This document shows positions 1 through 7,334 of a stretch of 19,807 nt of DNA, in pieces (position 1 is the stretch's first letter; each line of letters begins with the position of its first letter). A program made the translations under genes and the position numbers. Under the pieces are notes generated by a model. The model saw only the letters and a list, made by a program, of their open reading frames with translations. It was not told the DNA's origin and ran no database searches. The stretch comes from Nitrospinales bacterium (GTDB lineage: Bacteria; Nitrospinota; Nitrospinia; Nitrospinales; JAJDAT01): the NCBI GenBank assembly GCA_046757665.1, contig JBHHYO010000052.1, forward strand, positions 1-19,807. The letters run 5' to 3'.

Positions 1-722
1 TTCTTTGAAAACACTATAACAACGAGATCAAGAATTTCCCCGGACAGTAGTGAATCGTTATGAAATTTAAATGTCCCGCCGCCCGGCAAATCCTTATTCC
101 AGGAAAGTTTTTGAGCCGCGACATAAATGGCGTTATTTTTATCTTCGCGGCGGCGTTCCAGGCGATAATGAGGGTGCTCCTTCAACCAGGAAGGCGCGCG
201 GGTTTGAATCGCTTTGCTTTTTAGAATGTTCCCGACCTGCAAGTAACCGAAAAACATATGAAAGCCGCCGATATAACGGTCTTCGTCGTAGCACAGTTTT
301 TCATTTCTTAATTCAGTGAATTGATACCAACCGAAAAACAAAAAAAGGTCGCCTTCCTGAATGCCTTGTTTCCTCAAGTGGCCTTGGGCCGCGCCAATCT
401 GGCCCAGACTGGGGAGCCAGCCTTTTCCCCTTCCCTTCCTCAAAGCATCTCTTCTTAAATCCGGATCAAAGTGGCAGTGGTAATCTCTATGCTTGTTCAG
501 CGGTATTTTTGTTTTTCCTTTTTGCAGTTTTTTGTTTCTCAATAATTCCCTGAGAACCCGCCAATAGGTTTTTCGTTCATTCGGCAGTACCAATTGCTGG
601 TAGCCGATGTGGTCCTCTTCGTTGGGTATCGGCATCGAAAGGATGGTCCCATCGGGCAGAATGGGGCTGGGGATTCCGCCATAACCGGAATCAAATCCTT
701 TTCTGCTGAATATGATTTTCAT
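1..722 (-). CDS. Nmad3-like (nucleotide modification associated domain 3) protein, 3'-truncated by window edge
   Basis: Absent from ORF track because there is no stop in the window. Manual translation from ATG at 722 gives 240 open codons: MKIIFSRKGFDSGYGGIPSPILPDGTILSMPIP...HCHFDPDL...GQIGAAQGHLRKQGIQEGDLFLFFGWY...HMFFGYLQVG...EHPHY...NNAIYVA...PGGGTF. Purine-rich RBS AAGGAAAAGGGGG precedes the ATG. Motifs match the Nmad3 family as I recall it. Confidence 0.85.
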   Translation of the reverse strand, partial: MKIIFSRKGFDSGYGGIPSPILPDGTILSMPIPNEEDHIGYQQLVLPNERKTYWRVLRELLRNKKLQKGKTKIPLNKHRDYHCHFDPDLRRDALRKGRGKGWLPSLGQIGAAQGHLRKQGIQEGDLFLFFGWYQFTELRNEKLCYDEDRYIGGFHMFFGYLQVGNILKSKAIQTRAPSWLKEHPHYRLERRREDKNNAIYVAAQKLSWNKDLPGGGTFKFHNDSLLSGEILDLVVIVFSK

Positions 723-815
723 GACCCCCTTTTCCTTCATTAGCTGTCTTTCTAAAGGGACGGCTGAACCTCTTGCGGAATCGGTAAGAAATGTCCCGGC
801 GGCCCGGGCCGGGGG

Positions 816-1688
816 TCAGGGCGGGGTCACTGCGTTTTTTGGAATGCGGCCCAGCAGGTCGTTCAGAGGTTCCACGTCCGGCGGGGTTTGCAGTTCCTTC
901 GGCGCGGCGGCGGTTCCCTTTAATTCGGCGTCGAACGTGTCTCCGTTGACGTGCAGAAGGTACTCTCCCCGGCAAGCCCGGCAAACGATGCGGCTTCCGT
1001 CGCGCACGGTTTTGGGGACCGCCAGGATCGGCCCGCACTTGGGACAATTCACCAGATGACACTCGTGGTCGCTGTGGCCGATGATAGGTTTCAATTTCCC
1101 CTGCCGGGAGAGGTCGAGGAAATGGTCCACCAATTCGCCGTCGAATTGGGTTTGGCGGTTTTCCCGCAGAATGGCGATGGCTTTTTCGACGGGCATTCCC
1201 CGGCGGTAGGAGCGTGTGCTGGTCATGGCGTCAAAGGCATCGACGATGCTGACAATCCGGGCGGAAAGGGAGGTTTCTTCTCCGTCCAGGCCATCGGGAT
1301 AACCTGTCCCGTCGCAACGTTCGTGATGTTGCGCCACGGCGTCCAGTGCCAGGGGGGCCAGCGGATGCTCGCGAAGCAAATCGCGCCCCACCACCGGATG
1401 GGTTTTGATGATTTCGTACTCGTCATGGGTGAGTCTGCCCGGTTTGTTCAGGATGGCGTCGGGAATCCCCACCTTGCCCAGATCATGCAAAATGCCTCCG
1501 GCGGTGACGACAAACACCTCCGACGGCGACAACCCGGCTTTTTCTCCCAGAGTTTTGGCGAATTGGCCGACCCGCCAGAGATGGCCGCCGGTATATTTGT
1601 CGCGGGTTTCCACGACCGACGCCAATATCATCAGGGATTTTAGCGATTTCTCGTCGATATTCAGTTGTGCGGATTTTTCCATGAGCAA
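816..1688 (-). CDS. HD-GYP domain cyclic-dinucleotide phosphodiesterase with C-terminal Cys-rich (zinc-ribbon-like) tail
   Basis: Motifs RDKYTGGH, LHDLGK, HHERCDGTGYPDGL, IVDAFDAMTSTRSYR; tail CPKC...CRAC. Start is TTG 1688 or ATG 1682. Confidence 0.92.
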   Translation of the reverse strand: MLMEKSAQLNIDEKSLKSLMILASVVETRDKYTGGHLWRVGQFAKTLGEKAGLSPSEVFVVTAGGILHDLGKVGIPDAILNKPGRLTHDEYEIIKTHPVVGRDLLREHPLAPLALDAVAQHHERCDGTGYPDGLDGEETSLSARIVSIVDAFDAMTSTRSYRRGMPVEKAIAILRENRQTQFDGELVDHFLDLSRQGKLKPIIGHSDHECHLVNCPKCGPILAVPKTVRDGSRIVCRACRGEYLLHVNGDTFDAELKGTAAAPKELQTPPDVEPLNDLLGRIPKNAVTPP

Positions 1689-1941
1689 TACCGTTCAGTT
1701 TTGCGCTTCCTGTCCATGGTGTCGGGGGCGTGGGAAGAGCGGTTACAAGAAAATTCCAGGAGCCAACAAGTTGTTGCCGTAAAATCCGGTCCGGAGACAG
1801 CTACGGACGGTTGCTGAAAAAGCATTATAATCTATTGATTTAAAATTGGCTTGTCATTTTATGCCCTGTGCGCTGTATGGTCATGCGCTTTTTCGGGCGT
1901 TCTACCGGGCTTTCCGGCGCATTGCCGGGCCGGGAATTGCC

Positions 1942-1970
1942 TTGACACGGGTTGGCAAGAGGCCTAAAAT
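1942..1970 (+). promoter_or_regulatory. sigma70-type promoter of the cold-shock gene
   Basis: TTGACA (1942-1947), 17 nt, TAAAAT (1965-1970), about 40 nt before the ATG; RBS GGAGG at 1993-1997. Confidence 0.75.
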
Positions 1971-2008
1971 ATCGCAACTATTTCTGCATTCTGGAGGGAG
2001 TGTCGATT

Positions 2009-2209
2009 ATGTCAGTTGGAAAAGTGAAGTGGTTCAGCGACAAAAAGGGGTATGGATTCATCGAAACCGAGGAAGGCCAGGACGTTTTTGTTCATCACAC
2101 GGCGATTCAGGGGGAGGGCTACAAAACGTTGAGCGAGGGTCAGGCTGTTGAGTTTGAAACCAACATGGGTCCGAAAGGTCCCCAGGCAACGAATGTTGTC
2201 GTAAAATAA
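2009..2209 (+). CDS. csp: Cold-shock protein (CspA family), 66 aa
   Basis: GKVKWF, RNP1 KGYGFI, RNP2 [18 protein letters not shown] 2009 follows GGAGG. Confidence 0.97.
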   Translation: MSVGKVKWFSDKKGYGFIETEEGQDVFVHHTAIQGEGYKTLSEGQAVEFETNMGPKGPQATNVVVK

Positions 2210-2222
2210 TCCGCTATATTTA

Positions 2223-2261
2223 TCCGGTGGAGCCCATTGTCGGCTCTGCCGGATTTTTTTT
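2223..2261 (+). terminator. Rho-independent terminator after csp
   Basis: 12-bp stem TCCGGTGGAGCC / GGCTCTGCCGGA (two G-U pairs), 7-nt loop, then T8. Confidence 0.8.
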
Positions 2262-2286
2262 GCGCGTTTCCGGTTTTTCACTAGAA

Positions 2287-3492
2287 ATGAAATCTATTGC
2301 GTTAATTCTGTGCCTGGTGCTGTTCGTTTCCGTCACCGCCTGCGAGAGAAGCCGGCAGGAAGCCCGCCAGGAGATGAGCGCCATCGGCCTGCCGTTCAGC
2401 CCGGAGGCGTTTTACCACGCCGTCGAGACCAAGAGTTATCCGACCGTTGAGCTGTTTCTGGATGCCGGGATGACGGAAAAGCCGGGCGTCCTGGCGCAGG
2501 CTTTGCTCCTGGCCGTTCATGCGGGCAACAGGGATATTATTGATTTATTGTTGAAAAGGGGGGCGGATATCAATTCCAGCGGCACGTATGCGTCGCTTTT
2601 CGGGCCCCGGGAAGCGACGCCCTTGTTTGTGGCGGTTTTTGATCTCGATAAGCCCATGATCGGGTATTTGTTCGAGCGGGGCGCGGATGTTCACGCGAAG
2701 AACAAGTATGGGGACACGGTATTGATGCCGGCGGCGGAAACCGGGGACATCGAAATCGTCAAGTTGCTCCTGGACCGGGGCGCGGATGTCAAATCGCAAT
2801 CCACCTTCGGCGCGACTGCCCTGTTGCCGGCGGTGGAGAGCGGCAATCTCAAACTGGTGCGACTGCTCCTGGACCGGGGCGCGGATGTGAACGCGAAAAT
2901 GGTCGACGGCGTGAGCGCGTTGTTCCTGGCCGCCAAAAGGGGATACGAAGAGATCGGCAGGCTTTTGCTGGAGCGGGGCGCCGATATCAATGCCGAAAAC
3001 CAGAACGGGGTGAGCGCCCTGCCGCTGTACGCGCATCTGAAAAAATTCGATATGGTCCGCTATCTGGTGGAACAGGGCGCGGACGTGCGCATCAAACCGC
3101 GGCACGAAAACGAACAATCCCTTTTGGTCCAGGCTATTCAAAACCAGCGGGAAGACCTGGCCCGCCTGCTGGTGGAAAAGGGGGCGGACATTCATTACCG
3201 CAACCGCGGTGGATGGACCGCCCTGATGTATGCGGCGGTGTGGGGAGAACGCGAGATCGTCCGTCTCCTCCTCGACCGGGGGGCCGATATCAACCTCCAG
3301 AACAATAACGGAAATACCGCGCTGTTTGAGGCCATCAAGCACAAAAACACCGCCGAAACGGTCAAATTACTGCTGGCGCGCGGCGCCAAAACCCGCATCG
3401 GCAAAAAACGCCGGTCGGCTTTGAAACTGGCCGAAAGTTACGGCGATCCGGAAATCATCCGACTGCTCAAGCGGGCGAACGCCGGACAATAA
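2287..3492 (+). CDS. Ankyrin-repeat protein, probable lipoprotein
   Basis: About 9-10 ankyrin repeats (LLDRGADVN, G-T-A/P-L-x-x-A); N-terminus MKSIALILCLVLFVSVTAC is a signal peptide with lipobox VTAC. ATG 2287 preferred to 2227, which lies in the csp terminator. Confidence 0.92.
   Translation: MKSIALILCLVLFVSVTACERSRQEARQEMSAIGLPFSPEAFYHAVETKSYPTVELFLDAGMTEKPGVLAQALLLAVHAGNRDIIDLLLKRGADINSSGTYASLFGPREATPLFVAVFDLDKPMIGYLFERGADVHAKNKYGDTVLMPAAETGDIEIVKLLLDRGADVKSQSTFGATALLPAVESGNLKLVRLLLDRGADVNAKMVDGVSALFLAAKRGYEEIGRLLLERGADINAENQNGVSALPLYAHLKKFDMVRYLVEQGADVRIKPRHENEQSLLVQAIQNQREDLARLLVEKGADIHYRNRGGWTALMYAAVWGEREIVRLLLDRGADINLQNNNGNTALFEAIKHKNTAETVKLLLARGAKTRIGKKRRSALKLAESYGDPEIIRLLKRANAGQ
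2765..2888 (+). repeat. 25-bp direct repeat spaced 99 bp (one ankyrin unit)
   Basis: TGCTCCTGGACCGGGGCGCGGATGT at 2765-2789 and 2864-2888. Confidence 0.85.
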
Positions 3493-3518
3493 GCGAAACC
3501 CGCGGCGGTGCGGCAGTC

Positions 3519-4046
3519 TCAGCCGCGGGCCGTGGCGCGGCTCAGCTCGATCAGGGCGCCGACCAGATCGTCCAGCCGGTCCCGCACGTCGGCGTCGATA
3601 AGGGCTTCGCCCTCGAACGCCTCGCCGGTGGCATAGACGAATCGCGGCAGGATCAAGCATCGAAAATCAAGCATCAGGCTGTTGGCCAGGCTCATCACGG
3701 ACATGTAACTGCTTTTGCCCCCGGCGGCACAGAGGAATCCCACCACCTTGTCCTGCCAGGCGTTGCCGGTAAGCTCTACCAGGTTTTTCGCGGCGGCGTT
3801 GGCGTCAAAATTGTAAATCGGCGTAGCGAGGAGAATGCCCTCGGCGGTCTGCACCATCCGGGAAACTTCCCGGGCGTTGGGGTCGTTGTAGGCGGCGTCT
3901 CCGTCACAGAGCGGCAGAGGGTGTTTGGCAAGGTCGAGCAGGACGACCTGCCGGCCCCGTTTCTGAAAAGCGTCCCGCGCCGCCCGGGCGAGAATACGGC
4001 TACGGCTTTGCGGGTTGAGACTGGCGGCAATTACGAGATAAGACAT
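3519..4046 (-). CDS. NADPH-dependent FMN reductase (SsuE/flavodoxin-fold family)
   Basis: SLNPQSRSR phosphate loop, [21 protein letters not shown]. Confidence 0.88.
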   Translation of the reverse strand: MSYLVIAASLNPQSRSRILARAARDAFQKRGRQVVLLDLAKHPLPLCDGDAAYNDPNAREVSRMVQTAEGILLATPIYNFDANAAAKNLVELTGNAWQDKVVGFLCAAGGKSSYMSVMSLANSLMLDFRCLILPRFVYATGEAFEGEALIDADVRDRLDDLVGALIELSRATARG

Positions 4047-4119
4047 AACGTTTCGGGCCGCGGGTTAGTCTTGCCGCCTTGCGCGAGACGGCGGTTCGAT
4101 TTTGATTTCGCGGTGGTTT

Positions 4120-4491
4120 TCAATTCGGCCCGTCCGCCCCCATGACATGGTTGTGGAGCCGGTTGCCGGCCTCTTCCTGGTCGCGGCCCCAGCGGGTGGC
4201 TATCCCCCAGGGGGTGTTGCACGAGGCGCACCAGCGGCCCAGGGCGATATCTTCCTCAATCTTGAGGGTTTGCCGGAACATGGACTCCGTCTCGTCCACC
4301 AGGTCGTGTAGCGCCGCGTCCATGGCCTCGCTCCAGGCTTCCGGGGTGAGACCCCATTCGTCCAGTTCATCGGGGTTGGCGTCGGCGGCGGTATGGGGAA
4401 TTTTCAATTCGGCAACGGATTTCATTTCGAGACAGTTGCGGGCAAATTCCCGGGTTTTCCGGTCAGGGATTTGATCGATTTTTGATGTCAC
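4120..4491 (-). CDS. Hypothetical protein (123 aa) with C-terminal CxxC and HxH
   Basis: GTG start with GGAG RBS upstream; protein-like composition; fills the gap upstream of the FMN reductase on the same strand. Confidence 0.7.
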   Translation of the reverse strand: MTSKIDQIPDRKTREFARNCLEMKSVAELKIPHTAADANPDELDEWGLTPEAWSEAMDAALHDLVDETESMFRQTLKIEEDIALGRWCASCNTPWGIATRWGRDQEEAGNRLHNHVMGADGPN

Positions 4492-4964
4492 GGCTTATTC
4501 TCCAAGGAAGAAGACCGACCAACCGGCGGGTGGGTTGGTGCGGAAAAAATTTTATGGGCCTTGGTTAAGAGATCGTCCAACCTCTCATCCGGTTCGCCGT
4601 TTGGTTGGATAAGCACAAGGAATCAATGTGTTATGGGAAAATGACAATTTATCACGATCCCGGCCATTTTACAAAAAATTTATCCAGGCCTGTAAGGTTT
4701 GTAAGGGATGCCCCGTCTTGTGCGACGAAACACAAATGCCGTTTAAGAATTTGCAAGGCTTGGATGATTAATTTGAAGGTAATGGGCGCGCTTTGAAAAA
4801 TCGGCTTTTTGCGGTTTGCGCGGGATGACGTTTGCCTGTCGCGATCTGGAATTGGACCCTTGGAGGGGTGGTATGGGGTGCAGGCCGGGGACATGATGCA
4901 ACGCTTGCGCATGATGTCCCCGGTCCAACTGAACATTTTTCTTTCGCCAGGGACGAAGAAAACC

Positions 4965-5234
4965 ATGAAAATCAAAAACACAACAAAATTCAAAAAGTCT
5001 GTCGGAAAACGGTTGAGAGCTCACAGAAAGTCCATTGGACTGAACATCGTCGGTTTTGCCGAAAAGATTAGAATCAGCATCGGCGCCTTGTCCGAGTTGG
5101 AAAACGGCATATCGGCTCCCTCGGCCCGGACGCTTGCCAATCTGCACCTGCTGACGGATGTCGACATCGGCTGGTTGTTGACCGGCAAGCTTGAGCAGGA
5201 AGTCAGGCCGCAAAAGTCCGCGATGGCGTTTTAG
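4965..5234 (+). CDS. XRE/Cro-family helix-turn-helix transcriptional regulator (89 aa)
   Basis: VGKRLRAHRK...FAEKIRISIGALSELENGISAPS...VDIGWLLTG is a typical HTH_3 pattern; ATG 4965 is the likely start. Confidence 0.88.
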   Translation: MKIKNTTKFKKSVGKRLRAHRKSIGLNIVGFAEKIRISIGALSELENGISAPSARTLANLHLLTDVDIGWLLTGKLEQEVRPQKSAMAF

Positions 5235-5377
5235 GGCGCGATCGCGGATTCCATAATTCGGGACACATGGTTTCAGGGCTAACCGGGAAGACGGCCGTTT
5301 GCGGGTAAGACTGGCCGGTGCGCCGGCCTCTGCAAAAACCAAAACCGTATTTTTTTCTCCAGATTTTTTCTCCTGCC

Positions 5378-5406
5378 TTGACACGGGACCAAACCGGTTT
5401 TATTAG
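5378..5406 (+). promoter_or_regulatory. Putative promoter of hsp20
   Basis: TTGACA at 5378-5383, 17 nt, then imperfect -10 TATTAG; strong RBS AAGGAGG before ATG 5493. Confidence 0.5.
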
Positions 5407-5492
5407 GTGACCGAGGGAATGAAAATCTCCGGTACCGAGATTTGGTCTTCTTCATAATCGTCAAGAGCCCTTATCAATAAGGAGGAAAAGTC

Positions 5493-5918
5493 ATGAGCCT
5501 GGTTGCCTGTGAACCCAAAAACGGATTGGAGTTTTTGTTCGATCCCGGTAATTTTTTTGACAGCGCTTTTTCCACGGGGTCCCCGGATTCCAAAACGGTT
5601 GAGCCGAGAGTAAACGTCATGGAAGGTGAAGACGGCTTCACCCTGCATGTTGCGGTTCCCGGAATGAAAAGCGACGACATCGAGATTGAGATCAAGGACG
5701 ACACCCTGACCTTGAGCGGCAAGTCGATGGAGGACAAGGACGACGAAACGAGGAATTACCGCATTCGGGAATTTTCGCGGCGGAGTTTTCGCCGGGTGTT
5801 TACGCTTGGGCAATGGGTCGACCCGGATGGCATTACCGCCAAGGTGGAAAACGGATTGCTGGAAATTTGCCTGCCCAAAAAGGAAGAGGCAAAGCCCAAG
5901 AAAGTAAAAATCAATTGA
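5493..5918 (+). CDS. Small heat-shock protein (Hsp20/alpha-crystallin)
   Basis: PRVNV.E...VPG...IEIEIKDDTLTLSG...REF...SFRRVFTL...ITAKVENGLLEICLPK and C-terminal V-K-I motif. Confidence 0.96.
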   Translation: MSLVACEPKNGLEFLFDPGNFFDSAFSTGSPDSKTVEPRVNVMEGEDGFTLHVAVPGMKSDDIEIEIKDDTLTLSGKSMEDKDDETRNYRIREFSRRSFRRVFTLGQWVDPDGITAKVENGLLEICLPKKEEAKPKKVKIN

Positions 5919-5953
5919 CGCGACGATTTATTTCCCCGTCTTGAAAAGAATAT

Positions 5954-5980
5954 GCCGGCCCCCGGGCCGGCTTTTCTTTT
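5954..5980 (+). terminator. Rho-independent terminator after hsp20
   Basis: GCCGGCC-CCCG-GGCCGGC followed by TTTTCTTTT. Confidence 0.8.
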
Positions 5981-6157
5981 AGAGACCTTTGCATAAAGGT
6001 ACTTGTTTGACTGTCATTGCGAGGCGGCAAAGCCGACGAAGCAATCCAGAAAGGACCCATTTCCACCGGGCGTGGCCCGGCTGGATCGCCACGCCGCCGG
6101 TGGCGGCTCGCGATGACGCCGAAGCGGCGAAGAATCTCGGGTTATGCAAAGCTTTCT
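5981..6157. mobile_element. MITE-like element with terminal inverted repeats enclosing a REP-like palindrome
   Basis: TIRs AGAGACCTTTGCATAA (5981-5996) / TTATGCAAAGCTTTCT (6142-6157), 14/16 match. Inner GTCATTGCGAG...GAAGCAATCCAG (6013-6049) pairs with CTGGATCGCC...CTCGCGATGAC (6081-6117). Confidence 0.7.
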
Positions 6158-6181
6158 TTCTTTTAGGGGCGAGGGGGGGCG

Positions 6182-7324
6182 TCACGCGGCATCGACGTCA
6201 AGGTAAACCTTGGCGCCGTCTATCCGGTCAAGCGCTTCGAGACGGGTTTTTAAATCCGTCAGGATTTTTTTTATCTCGTCCAGAGTTTTGTTTTCGTTTA
6301 CCCGGACGAAGATTTCGACGATATTTTGTCCATCCAGATAGTGCACCCGTATTTGGGTGCTTCGTTCGATTCCCTGCGTCGAGGCGATGATGGGCGCGGT
6401 GAGCACCTCGAGTTCCTCGCGGGTCATCAGGTAGGGCGCTTCCTTTTCCATGTCGTCCTCTGCGTCCACGTGCACGAGGACATCCTGCGCGTCGGTAAAG
6501 GCCTGTTTCAGTTTATGGCGGACGTTTTCGGAGATGTCGTGTCCCTCGGTCACGGAAATTTCCGGCGCCACCAGGATATGGACGTCAATCAGGATTTCCC
6601 CGCCGATCCTCCGTGTGCGCAGATCGTGTGATCCTCTGACCCCCGGCGTCGAAGCGATGATTTGCTTGATCCGCTCGGTTTGTTCTTTATCCAGTGCGGA
6701 ATCCATGAGGTCGCGCATGGCCTTGATGAAAAGGTCGATGCCCATTTTGCCGATCATCAGGGCAACGGCGCCGCCCGCCAGGGGGTCCAGGATGGGGTAA
6801 CCCTGCATGGCTCCGAGAACGCCGATCAAACAGGCGATGGAGGAAACGGCGTCGGAGCGGTGATGCCAGGCGTTGGCGACGATCGCCGGGCTGTGGATTT
6901 TTTCGCCGACTTTGCGGGAATAATGGAAAAGGGTTTCCTTGGCCAGAATGGAAAGCGCCGCCGCCATGGCCGCCGGCCATTCGGGGGTCGTCATTTTTCC
7001 GGAAGCGATGATGTCCCAGACCTCGTAGGCCAACCCCAGGGCGACCAGGATAATGGAACTGCTGATGATAACGGCTCCTATGGTCTCGGCGCGCCCGTGG
7101 CCGTAGGGATGCCCCTCGTCCCTGGGCATTCGGCCGATTTGGTGGCTGAACAGTACCACCACGTCCGTGAGCAGGTCGGACAGGGAATGTATGCTGTCGG
7201 CGATCAGGGCGGTGCTTTTGCCCAGCACGCCGCCGACAAACTTGCCCGCGGCCAGCAAAATGTTGACCCCGACGCCTTGCAGGGTGACTTTTGTGCCTTC
7301 GTTGTTTGCGAGCCAGTTGGGCAT
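6182..7324 (-). CDS. Cation diffusion facilitator (FieF/CDF family) metal transporter with extra C-terminal domain
   Basis: ALIADSIHSLSD, HPYGHGRAE, ANAWHHRSDA, HDLRTR...DVHI...EGHDI...VLVHVD; likely start ATG 7324, 10 nt after the mutY stop. Confidence 0.93.
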   Translation of the reverse strand: MPNWLANNEGTKVTLQGVGVNILLAAGKFVGGVLGKSTALIADSIHSLSDLLTDVVVLFSHQIGRMPRDEGHPYGHGRAETIGAVIISSSIILVALGLAYEVWDIIASGKMTTPEWPAAMAAALSILAKETLFHYSRKVGEKIHSPAIVANAWHHRSDAVSSIACLIGVLGAMQGYPILDPLAGGAVALMIGKMGIDLFIKAMRDLMDSALDKEQTERIKQIIASTPGVRGSHDLRTRRIGGEILIDVHILVAPEISVTEGHDISENVRHKLKQAFTDAQDVLVHVDAEDDMEKEAPYLMTREELEVLTAPIIASTQGIERSTQIRVHYLDGQNIVEIFVRVNENKTLDEIKKILTDLKTRLEALDRIDGAKVYLDVDAA

Positions 7325-7334
7325 GGTTTTCTTT

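Noticed and set aside
71..1062. ORF-track ORFs 71..319, 691..1062 and 712..1059
   Set aside because: They overlap the better-supported Nmad3-like and HD-GYP genes and lack motifs.
4492..4964. Small ORFs or an ncRNA in the long intergenic region (includes ACCAACC/GGTTGGT inverted repeat near 4517-4538)
   Set aside because: No motif, RBS or structure strong enough to support a call; likely divergent promoter DNA.
5979..6390. Small ORFs across the palindromic element
   Set aside because: Translations of repeat DNA or antisense to the CDF gene.
6182..7324. Magnetosome MamB/MamM assignment of the CDF
   Set aside because: No other mam genes nearby; ordinary CDF motifs.
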